Below are positions 39,736-50,817 of a stretch of DNA of 64,000 nucleotides, in pieces. Below the pieces are notes generated by a model. It worked only from the letters and a program-made list of their open reading frames with translations. It did no database searches and was not told the origin of the DNA. A program made the translations under genes and the position numbers. Numbering within the stretch: position 1 is the first letter of the stretch; the number at the start of each line of letters is the position of its first letter. This DNA comes from Cystobasidiomycetes sp. EMM_F5 (Eukaryota), in contig JBPGPT010000005.1 in NCBI GenBank assembly GCA_051047955.1, forward strand, positions 558,001-622,000, in the 5' to 3' direction.

Positions 39736-40472
39736 CTACCGCTTCCCTTGCTTCTTCATCCTTGCCACGCTTCTGAATGTGTTTGGCCCAGTGTGGGTCG
39801 TGCTGTTCTTGTGCGTCCTGTGCTTTCCTGCGATGCCATGCTTCTTTCTCCAGATTGCTTTGGCAGAAGACCGTTCCCCGCCTGTTGTAATTTTGGCTTC
39901 CTTGTCGGATTGTTTAATGTCTTGCATTTGTACTTCATTGGGTTGTTCAGAGGTGGATGTAGAAGGGGTTGCTGGTGATACGGGGAAAGTAATGGAAGGT
40001 CGGGAAACAATCGTCAGCATGCTGGTCCCTCTCTCCAAAGGATACTCAACACGCTGCCAACATCTCGGACAGATAGCAGGCTGCCGGACTGCCAGCTTGC
40101 TGACTCGCTCGAGTCTGCCAGAGTCAGTGACTCCTGGCACAGCAATCCCAGCAGTGCATAGGACCACTGGCACCCATCCAGCGCGCTGGTATAATCGGTG
40201 TGAGTAAACGGATGTGTATATTCACCATTCGCAGATTGTTCGCTCGTCGTCGCAGTTTGCGCATTCTCGTCACCGGCGTCCTCCATATCCTCGCCGCCGC
40301 TCTCGTCGACAAAGTCCTCGTCGTCGCTCCTCTCGACTGCCTTGAGCACCTTGAGCTTCTCGCTGAGCCTCGATGTCCTTATGGCGTCCCGCATTGCATA
40401 CTCTGACTTTGGGTCTGTACGCTTCTTTCGTCTGAATGCCATTTTACTCTTGCTGCGCAGGGATTTGGCCAT
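39736..40472 (-). CDS. DUF2423-like (YBL028C-like) small basic protein, 2 exons
   Basis: MAKSLRSKSKMAFRRKKR N-terminus; intron 40225-39972; exon 2 KITTGGERSSAKAIWRKKHG. Confidence 0.75.
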
Positions 40473-40670
40473 GATTGACGGGGAGTTTCAAACGATATAT
40501 GAGAATTGTGAATGGCAGAAGTGCAAGCGGTCTCCCAAAACGCTCGTAGATGTCGAAAGAAAAGCCTGCTGCCGGTGCAAGTTTTGCGTTTACATCGATC
40601 AGGCCTGAGCAGCAGCATCGACTCGGACGCCAGGCCTCACTCGCAACCCTACTCTAAAACTACTGCGACT

Positions 40671-42113
40671 ATGCCTCCGTCTAAAATCATCGCTGCTCGC
40701 GCTGGACCGTCGGCCAAATCAAAGGGCAAGGCTCCAGCACAAAAGACCGAAAGTGTGGCAGCAGATTCTGCAATTATGGCAGAAGTGAGTGGGGTGGACG
40801 AGGAAGAAAGCGACAGTGACGAAGACGACGAGCAAGTGGATCCGGAGGCAATGTCCAAATTAATGGATATGCTGGGGGATATTGATGCAGCAGATTTGGG
40901 ATTTACGCCCGAGGATTTGGAGGATGACGATGATGAAGACGACGAGGACGAAGACGAAGACGATGAGGAGATTGCCGATGAAGAGGAGCTAGATATTGAC
41001 GAAGCTAGTGACGACAATGACGACGACGAGGAACTCGGTGACCCTGCGGGAGACGATACGTCGGACAACGAAGAGCCAGACAAGGCAGCACTCGGCATTC
41101 CAACTAAACCAAAGAAGGGAGTAACTTCTGCAGAGCAAAGGAAACAAGATGTCCGTGTCTATTATCTCTTGCACGTGTAGAGGCCGCTAAACCTGACAAT
41201 CACCTCTAGCAAATTTTGGATCGTATACTAGCTCGATTTAAGCTGGACGTCCCCTTCTTCGAAACACAGACCCTCACATATCCCGAACCACTCGATATTC
41301 CTGACGTCTCAAACGATCTAAGCCGCGAATTGCAATTGTAGGCAGACTCAGATTTCGCCTTGGTCATTGTAGCCGCTAAATGTACCGGGATATACAGCTA
41401 CAAACAATCTCTATGGGCAGCACAACATGCGTACAAGCTGTTCAAGGCTTCCGACGTCCCCTTCTCTCGTCCGCCCGACTACTATGCGGAAATGCTAAAG
41501 ACTGATGATCACATGGAGCGCATTCGCCAAAAATTGCTCGATGAGACGGCAGCTATCAAGGCGTCCGAGACGGCAAAGAAGCAGAGACATCTCAAAAAGT
41601 TTGGTAAACAGGTCCAAGTGGAGAAGCAGAGGGAGCGAGAAAAGGCTAAGCGGGATATGGACGACAAGGTCAAAGCGTTCAAGCAGAGTGAGGCAAAGCG
41701 CGATTCTTAGATCACCAGTTTATACTGACATGCTATTGCACCATCCAATAGAGCGCAAAGGCAATCCAGGCGGTGATAATGACGACTTTGACGTTGAAGC
41801 GCTCGACAATCCTTCCAAAAGAGGGTCATCCGGCCGACCAGCAAAGAGGCAGCGTACAGGCAAAACGCGAGATCAGCGCGACTCCAAGTTCGGGCATGCA
41901 AAGACTGGACGAAATCCAAAAGAAAACGATCGTGCCAGCGCAAATGACATTTTTAGCAACGGAGCCAAAGCAGGCAGATCATCATCTGGCGGCCGTGGAG
42001 GTCGAGGTGGCCGAGGTGGTAGTAGAGGTGGTGGTCGCGGCGGTGGATCTGCCGGTAGAGGTGGTGGAAGAGGTGGCAAGCAAAAGCGATTGGGCAAGAG
42101 CAGACGCAATTAG
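40671..42113 (+). CDS. EBP2: rRNA-processing protein Ebp2 (multi-exon)
   Basis: DVSNDLSRELQ|YKQSL, PFSRPPDYYAEMLKTDDHMERIRQKLLDE, KQRHLKKFGKQVQVEK, C-terminal KRLGKSRR. Confidence 0.95.
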
Positions 42114-42378
42114 GCAGGAGTTTGCAGTTGCAATGTGGTCATCGTTTGCACTGTTCCGAGTCCAGCTGGCACGTTCATGTGTTGTACATGTGACTCGCTG
42201 CGTGTTCTTACCAGTAATGCACACAGACGGTACCACAAAGTCATTAAGAATTGCTCACGATGTGGAGAATGTGTATTATCAACAACAGGAAACGACGTTA
42301 TGCGAAATGACTGCTCATCTAGATCCTTCCTCTATCTATCAGCACTGCCGGAATATGCGACCAGAGCTAGTTTGGTCG

Positions 42379-43089
42379 TCATCGGAAGTACGGATCTTGT
42401 TTGTACTTTTCGTACCCAGGTCTTGCAACACTTCGCAGCGAGACCGCCTTGTCCGTCTCAATGTCGAGAATGAGTGCATCTAGAGATGTATAATTGTATT
42501 CAGGTCGGATGAAGCCGAGCATTACTATCCGTAATTCTTTGCCGTAGAAGTCGTCTTGGAAATTGTGAACGAGGACGTGCACTTCCTGCGGATTGCACGG
42601 ATTCATTTAGTCGAGGGATAACAACAGGGTAAAATGTGGACTCTACCGCTGTTCGTTTTTCGTTCTTGTAGTACGGATTCCAGCCTATACTCATAACCAT
42701 TGGCAGCACTTGATTCGCTTCGCCTTCTGTCCCGGCATCGCCAAGTACGACGCGAGCGTATCCGTAATGGACGCCGGTCTGTAATGTATTAGCGTACGGC
42801 GCAATAGCCTCATCCGGTAGATTGGCTTGGTTGGTCCAACATCGCAAACAATTAGTCACTCGCCTGTGTTTTGACAATACCTGAGCTCACCGGTCGGACA
42901 CCCGAGATCCTTACTTCCTCGTTTGAAACCATGCTGCACTGCGCCCTTCATGTAGACTGGATAAGGGGTTTCGACCTCGTCCGGTCCACATATGGCTGGC
43001 CTGTCGAAACGTGGATCATGGTCCAGCGGGGTTGGCGGCCTCGTGTCCATGGTAGCATTGTTGACCACAGTCTCCAGCTGAGACGGCAT
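42379..43089 (-). CDS. FMN1: Riboflavin kinase
   Basis: GAVQHGFKRGSKDLGCPT|ANL, GVHYGYA, MVMSIGWNPYYKN, EVHVLVHNFQDDFYG, GFIRPEYNY. Confidence 0.95.
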
Positions 43090-43460
43090 GGCTGCCAGTG
43101 AAGACTCAGTCTCGACGAAAGAAAACCAAGTCTTGTCTTTGAAGCCGGACAACTTGGTCATCTTTCGCCACACCGACTAGCAACTTCGGCCACACGGCAG
43201 ATTTGGATGAAGCTTCTCTATTTCTACGTCTAGCAATGATACTCAGAGCTGCTGATATTCCGCCTGTCGCTGGTTATTCGTTGGCAATTTGACCATGCCG
43301 AGTGACTGACTCTGGTCCTTCTTGGCCGTTGAGTGGGCACAGCCATGTGACAGTCTGACTGGCATCCTGGCGTCCTGTTACTGAACCTCCGTCTGACTCC
43401 ACTGACAACCTAATTATTTGCTTGGAATTCAGCTAATCTTTTGCCAATTAAACCGAGACG

Positions 43461-44715
43461 ATGCGCCGCTTTTCGAGTATTCTCGGCAGTAAGCGTACGT
43501 CCAGCACAACCTCGAATTCCACCACAAGACGACTTACTACGGACACAAGTACTTACGCCGTGAATCCCTTTCCCGCTGCAATGGATTGTGCGTCGAGGTG
43601 ATCCTATCCAGCTACAACGACTGACGAGCACAACAGCTCCGCCTGCATATACCTCGAGCAATGCACCTTTGCAGCAAGTCGATACTGCATCTGCTTCGAC
43701 AAGTCGCCAGGATCATGATACAGCTAGCGCCGAGTATTCACCTGCTAGCTTACAATGGCATGTTGACACGCTAAGGTCGTATGCAGAAATCCCTTGAGAG
43801 CACTCGCCAAGTACGACATCGTCTTTTTGGTTGACGAGTAAGTCTACATTGGTAGCAGCTCATTCTTCGAATATTCAAAAAGCACCGCCACAGCTCTGGC
43901 AGCATGGTCCCGCTTTGGAAACAGGCTCGCGATGCTCTGACAGGAGTGGTCGCTAAATCAATCAGCTACGACAAGGATGGCATAGACATTTACTTTCTCA
44001 ATACTGAACACGTCGTTAACGGCTGCACAAATCAACGGGACGTCGCATCGATATTTGATCAAATTAGGCCTCATGAGAGCACGCCAACAGCAGTACGCCT
44101 GGATGACATCCTGCGACCGTATGTCGATAGCGTCGAAGAGGCCAAGGCTGCAAAGGCTACTTATCCGAAGCCAATGGTGAGTACCGTCAATGTTTCATAT
44201 ACAGCTATCGCGCTCAATTACGAGTCTAGGTCGTTATCTGTATAACCGATGGTCGCGCAGATGACCCGGATACTCTGAGAGAGATGTAACCGGTTTTTTC
44301 CGAATCCGTCACTGTGCTCTAAACCCTTCTTCTCAGAATCGTAGAGATGGCAGGACGACTGGATGCAGCTCGCGCCCCGCCCTTTCAGCTTGGAGTACAG
44401 TGAGTCGCTAAATTTTCGACCGGCAAGTGATCAGCGACACTGGAGCTGTAATGTTCAATTCTCAGATTCCTGCAGATTGGTTCAGATGCTGACGCAACAG
44501 CTTTCCTGCGGGAGTTGGACGACGATCTCAAGGCTGAGCACAACGTGCGGGACATGGTCGACACGGTTGTGTATGCAGGCAGCTTGCACAGCGAATTTAT
44601 CCTGTACATTGTATTCCGCACATGTCTTTGTATTTGATGCTGACTTAAACGCGATGAAAGTCAAGCCTGTCTGGGGGCAATCAACAGACGCATCGATGGT
44701 CAATCTCATGCGTGA
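43461..44715 (+). CDS. von Willebrand factor A (vWA) domain protein (multi-exon)
   Basis: YDIVFLVDD|SGSM (MIDAS), YDKDGIDIYFLN, TP, ICITDG, FLQIG, FLRELDDDL, RDMVDT, LGAINRRID; N-terminal PPAY motif. Confidence 0.85.
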
Positions 44716-44824
44716 TTGGTGCAAGGCAATAGTAGCATCATGTGTCCAGACATGAGATGGAGACGAAGGCCACGCATGGGGATAGGGCTCTTACTCCAAC
44801 ATCACTCGCGGAGTACTCTGTTGT

Positions 44825-46059
44825 TTAGCCTCGACCTTGATCTAAGACAGTTTTGTACTGTCGTACAGCATCTGAGAGCTGCGTATCAGCAGGTACAAGC
44901 CAGAATAAGGTCGATTGGACATACCAAGAATACTGTTATCGCGCTTGCAGCCAAGCTGCACCGCTCGCTCCGTTATCCACTTGCCAGGCCAAGTACGGAC
45001 AATCTTGAGAACCGATTCCTGCACAGAAAACTTTGTCAGCAGACAATGCCATACCGTAAGCGCTATTCTCCATTCTCTTACGTCTGGCTCGACCGTTACC
45101 AATTCCACCGCTTTCTTTCCGCCGACTTGCTCCAATGCATCCAGGATATCCTTCGTGCTGACCGCAATCCCGGGCATTGCCGTAGTTCTGGTGTAAGAAG
45201 GGTACTTGTCGCCCGATATACTCATCAAGTGGACGAAATTCGCGACGATCATTGCTGGAGAGCACACAAACATTTCGAAGTCCAGTGACACAGGACATAC
45301 AGTCTTGCGGCCATTCAGCGGCTCTCTGACGATGTTGCTGGCATACGAAGATAAAGCGGTGTTTGGAGCACCAGGTCGGACTACAATTGCGGGCAGGCGA
45401 ACGATGCGTGCATCGATCCATCCACGTCGAGAGTAATCATAGCAGAGATGCTCACAGATCTTGACATCAAGGTAGCATCAGTATAGCGAGCTCCTTCCCA
45501 TGAAGAAAAAGCCTGGCGTACAAGCTTTTGAGCTCCGTACGAGCCTTGTGGACAGGGAAGGGTAGCGTCTGTGACAGTATTATCCGCTACCTCTCCGCCA
45601 TACACGGCTCCTGACGAAGTGTAGAGAACGACCGGAGCTTTTGCATGCTTGATACTCCGAATCTTGTCCAGCATGTACCGTGTGGCATCCAAATTTATCG
45701 CCATTCCAAGGTCAAAATTGGCTTCAGATCCTCCAGACATTAATCCATGCAATAATGCAATAGCGCTGTATGTTCTTTCTTCGAAAAGCATGTCCGCCTC
45801 CTTCGGGTTGGTCAGATCACTCTTTATCCGTACGACCCGTTCATCGTTTTCGTAGCCATAAAGCGGTCTTGGCTCATTCACGTCACACAAGACAAGCTCC
45901 TTGATCTTGATGTTCGACTTGAGCAATGCTATGCCTAATTCCGAGCCAACAAAGCCGCCGCCACCTGTCATAATTGTCGTTTAGCGACGGGTGTGCTTGC
46001 AAATACATACGGTCGGGAGTACCTGTGATGAGGACGACGTTGTCTGCTTGGGCGTCCAT
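44825..46059 (-). CDS. NAD-dependent epimerase/dehydratase (extended SDR, D-erythronate dehydrogenase-like)
   Basis: VLITG|GGGFVG, MSGGSEANFDLGMAINLDATR, YTSSGAVYG, SYGAQK (YxxxK), IVRLPAIVVRPGAP. Confidence 0.85.
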
Positions 46060-46228
46060 TGTACGGCGGTGTCAGCTAGAACCAACAGAGTAATGCTAGA
46101 CTGCCGGCAAGCGGACGCGTGACGGATGATCGGATAACCGGCGGCGTCGAAACTGTACAGCAGCTGTTGTCGTCGGGCTTAGTGGCCCCACGCTGTCACT
46201 GATTGCATAGGCAGCGTGATGAGTCCCC

Positions 46229-48883
46229 TTAAGCCTTGCGAAGGGCCTCGCGCCATGATGCTATTTCAGTTTGGGTCCGAGGATGGCTAGTCGATGCAAC
46301 CTGTATGGAGTGTGAGCAGGCAATAGCGGCAGAGCAAGCGTACATCGTACTGTCAGAGCTGCAATAATCTGCGAGTATTGTGATCTCAGGTAGCCCGAGC
46401 TCTTGCCAGGGTCGCCTTGTCGCGCGGCTTGTGATTTAAGCAAGTTTTGCAGCTCAGACCGCATACGCAAAAGTCTGCCAAAAGATTTCAGCTACCGAAA
46501 CACTTATTAATGTTCATATCACTGACGTATTGTAGACCATGTCATCGTCACGATCTGTGCTAAGCTCGGTGATAGCCAGGAACAGGGCAGCATACTTGCG
46601 TGATACCTACGTTTTGTGTCAGCTTCTGTGCATATTGGGACGACATACCGACTGACGGAAGCGATGACGCTGTCTTTCATGACAGGACTCCGCCCAACCC
46701 CAAACATGCCGGCCATCCCACTTGGGCTTTCGCCAAGCTTCTTAATACTGTCAATCTGCGTTCCCATCTCCCTCTGGAACGCAGGCCATAATTGCAGACG
46801 GTTCCCCATCAAATACGTTTCCATGCTTGCTGTTGGGCAGGCGCCCTGTCCATCTTCACCTATTAGATTCGTATATAAACTGTCGTTTAAACGTATCATG
46901 CTGAGGAGGGCTACTGGAGGGAGGCTTTGCTGTGAAAGCAAAGTCGTGATGAAGACCTATAGGGCAGCGTCAGAGGAGCTCTCAATGTTGCCTCTGCATT
47001 ACGACATCACCTTTGCATATTCCATGCAGGGCTCGTATATTTGTTTCCATACATTGTCTCCTAGCTGTTTCCTCAGCTTCTCCTCCTTGCGGGCTTTGTC
47101 ACTTGGCAGACCGCTATTCGAGTCGCCTGAGATCACGCTAGCACTGTCGTCATCGTGGATACTAGACATCCGGCTATAGGATGCGTCTGGACTAAGCGCG
47201 CCGCTACGGGTTTGGCGACTCCAGAACGCCTTCGACTCATCTGTAGTCATGTGCGGTGCGCCAATGCTATCTGGACGACCGAAGAAGGATGTGACAAAGT
47301 CGAATTCCGAGCTAGCGTTGTCAGCCAGCACGAGAGATATCGAACGAAATAGATTCTCTGGACTGCTTTGCTGCCATAGATGCACAGACCTCAGGGAGGG
47401 AAAACAGCAGAACTTAAGGTGCTCAACCTACGAGCGCGGTATCATCTGCCATATGAGCGAGGATAACAATGTTGGAGGCCGATTCCGGCACACGCAAGGC
47501 GGTGTCCGTATCGAGAGATGGTCTGGATAGTTGGAGTCCGGCAACCGACCCATTCCGATGTTGAAGCTGAGCTGTGGACTTGGATATTCAGCCGCTGATC
47601 ACAATCGAGAGCTTGTTCCGTATACCTATTGAGGCTGCTTCCCCTACGCGAGCCGCGGAGATATCTCCCACCGGAGATCGCGCTTGGACTCGCTCCAGCG
47701 CCCGCACGTATCGCCGGAAGCCTGTCTCGTAGTACCATTGTGCGGTAGAAATGTAGTACTTTTGCACCTCGTGGGCAATTCTTGCGGAATGTCGTTGCAA
47801 GAAAGCGTAGAATGACCGGTATTTCCCAAGGATGATGGTCTGCAGGACAGCCAGGTTTGGAGTCAACGATGTCCTATATGGTGTGAACAAGCCGATAAAG
47901 AAGCCCCGAAGTGCTGATGTTACCTATACGTAGACAGCGACACAAGCTCAGACAGCTTCTTCTGGTAGGAAGCCACAAACACTTACCCGGAGGCGGAGTT
48001 TTTCCGCCACCTCGTCAAGGTCTCTCCGCAGACTTATTCGCGGCCCGCTTCGAACAGCCAGCAGTACTCTTTCCAGTTCGGCTACTGGCTCTATCCAAGC
48101 CTCGGACGGCTCGGTATTGAGCAGGGTGGCGATAAGTTTTGGAGAGATTACGATGTTGCTCAGCAACGATGTTAGATTAACTCTTACAGCCTGTCGCAGC
48201 AAGTTCGTCGGACAATGCATTTTTTCATTCCATATGTAATTGTCAATCACCTTGCGGTTGTCGAGGCGTGCTTCGATAACCTTGCTGCGCCCCTGTAAAT
48301 CAGATATATGCCCAGAAACAGCGGACAAGTCTGATTGAAAGCTCGTGATGAACGATTCGAGTGATGTCAAAAGCGTCAAGCTCGTCTGTGAGCGTATTCA
48401 GTCACAGCACGCGCGTGTCTCCACCTGTCGACATACTTGAACTTGTTCATGGAGGTCGGTGTACCCTTTCGACTTTGCGTCATCTGGAAACCTCAAATGG
48501 TCAGATATGATAATGCACAAGCCTCCCGTTGATATCCTGGATATGCACATTCGTTGTCCTCCGCCAGTTCCTGCTGGCTACGATGACTAGAAGCAGCGCT
48601 ACGCGCTTCTCGAATGTCGCCTAACTGGGCGGCCTGTTCCGCAAGATTCGAGATATCTACAAAGGCGACGGAGCACGCCGGTCGCGTCACCCGTCAGCGC
48701 GCGCGAGGTTAGCCGTGTTGTGTATCGACCTTGCCTTTGGCACCTAAAGCCTGTCAACATGTCAATACATGCGGTCAGTGCCGCGGATGATGACGGCAGC
48801 GATGGATCGCAACGCTGGACACGTACTTCTTTGTCGTCGGCAACGGTCAAAGGACCAAGGATCCTGTCCCAGTCGGCATTCAT
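46229..48883 (-). CDS. VPS52: GARP complex subunit Vps52 (multi-exon)
   Basis: LLTSLESFITSFQSDLSAVSGHISDLQGRS, YYETGFRRYVRALE, ENLFRSISLVLADNASSEFDFVTSFF, LLSMIRLND, LWPAFQREM. Confidence 0.9.
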
Positions 48884-49233
48884 GCTGTTGCAAGTCGGCA
48901 CTCTACAAAGGAACTGACACCTATAACTAATGATTGACATCTTTCGAATTTCGAGAAAGCTACTCGATAACGCCCTGACGATCGTCGCTTGTCACTTACC
49001 TTAGATTACGGTGGAAGATAATATACGCAGGCCACCTGGTCACAGTGATTGGTAAACAATCAGCCAGGGTCTGACTATGACAATTTTATGTGGGAAGGGA
49101 GAGGAGGTGGGAAATCAGACAGGCTGAGAAACTCGCAATGAATGCTGTTTGCTCAGATATCCTGGTCATCATCGTATGGGCGACGAGTTCCGTCAGAAGA
49201 AGGTACAAAGCAAGATTGCAGATGGGTAGAAGG

Positions 49234-50520
49234 AGAGCCATCGAATGGGAGTAATCCGAATTGAGTTGCGCCATGCCATCCCGTCGACTGTCGACAGTGC
49301 CGAGTCCAAACTGTAGTTCAAGGGGGTGAAGTCGTTTAGTTGATCCCGCGGTTGAAGGTGATCCAAAATCTGTCGAAACAGTCGGGTGCTCCAAGCACGT
49401 CCGTCAGCTGGCCATCGCGGGCCGCACCACAGTCTGTACACCGACATCCCGCAAGCGCTAGCTCTGCTGGCTACAGCGTCTAAACAGCTCCGTACATCTT
49501 GTAGTAATCGTAGTTAAACAGGGGCCAAACAAATCAGAATTGTAGGCGTGTTAAATCGGCCAAAGAGGAGACTTCCAGAACTTTTCATAAAGTGCGAACA
49601 AAAGCGAAAGTGCAAGAGTAGGTGCCAGACTCCGTTGCGAATACCATAAGCTTCAAAACGCTGCTCCATGCGGGGCATGAAACAGAGCCTCTCTTCTCGC
49701 GGTCGTAAGGGGGTTCCGGCAAGTCGGTCCGCGTCTGTAGCGGTCTACTTTTCTAGTCAAGCGTCATTTTTGCACGCCATTCTGGTCGCTCGGGTTTGGA
49801 CGATTGCAGGCTTCAATCAGGAAATTGTATCCTCTGCTCAAGTTCGAAAGGGGCGAAAGAAGTTGTGGTACCATCGGCCTGGACCTGTCGACGGGGAATG
49901 GCACGGCGTACCGCGTATTGCACTGAATCCAGAAAGCTGACCGAAGTGGTGTGAAACCATCTCGAGGAACCAGCTTTGAGGCAACAAATCTCCTTGACGC
50001 TTTCCCAAACTCCGCTCCCAACTGCTCATCTGCCTCGCGTCCCGCATCGCGTCCCAGTAGGTACTCTCTTCCCGATCTGCTTTGCCCAAAAGGGCGACAC
50101 GGAAGGGGCGTCTTGGAGTGACCGTAGCACAATCCCTCAGCGCACAACTGCTTTCTGGGGACCTTTACATTCAATCTTGCCAGCTGTAGGACTTGCAATG
50201 AATGCTTTTGGCTGCCTCACAGGGCTCAAGCTCCTTCGATACATAACAGCGTGCGTTTTGCTGGTAGGACGCGATGGAGCGACCGGGAAACCCAGTCTTG
50301 TCGAGCTTGATGGAGTCAGAAGAGAGCGGAGCCCGGACGAACACCCAATGGGCATCCGACCTGGATTGCTGGTAGCGCCCGCAGAAGCAGATTGACTTCT
50401 TGCCCTTCAAGGGCGTGAGCTCTGGAGAATACACTCGGACTTTCCCGCATCCGAAGAGTATAGCATTGTCGACGATGCTGTGTGTGAGGATGCTTGCAGC
50501 GGTCTCCGTCCGATGGCTCT
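49234..50520 (-). ncRNA. RPR1: Nuclear RNase P RNA, giant (~1,287 nt)
   Basis: P1: AGAGCCAUCG (50520-50511) pairs with CGAUGGCUCU (49243-49234). P3 hairpin with internal loop (50493-50447). CR-I GGGAAAGUCCGAG (50446-50434) pairs with CR-V AACUCAAUUCGGAUUA (49267-49252) to form P4. CR-IV AGUGCAAU (49924-49917) is followed by the P2 3' strand GCGGU, which pairs with ACCGC (50503-50499). P8/P9 hairpins and CR-II/III-like AGCAA and UGGGAA appear in the correct order. Confidence 0.92.
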
Positions 50521-50817
50521 GTCTGTGCACCTCGGCCTGAACTCGCAACGGATGTTCAGAGTCGGATGGCCTACAGCTACCTGCGGTCGTGCTTGACCGA
50601 CAGGCTAGCGACCATCACAGGATGGTGCTACGCCTCGCCCAGGCGTGTGTAAGTGTCGTGCGACGTCACTCGGTTGAGGGGAAACAAAGGCAAACCGAAC
50701 GAACGCAGCTGGGCAAAGATTTGGAGTCACAGGTGGCAAACGGCTTTTGAAGCGACTAGTTACGATTCGACAAGGGACAGAGGCTATAATATCAAGAGCA
50801 ACGAAGTGTTGGATCCG

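Noticed and set aside
50150..50170. AAAGGUCCCCAG (minus strand) resembling RNase MRP CR-I; region also considered as telomerase RNA
   Set aside because: No matching GGGGCU CR-V downstream and no terminally redundant telomere template; P-type CR-I/CR-V pair well instead.
49193..50548. Several overlapping 70-145 aa ORFs on both strands
   Set aside because: No domain motifs or coherent splice pattern; the region is fully explained by the RNase P RNA.
50530..50580. tRNA-Gln-like words (GACUCUGAA...CGAGUUCA) upstream of the RNase P RNA
   Set aside because: Anticodon and acceptor stems do not pair, so there is no cloverleaf.
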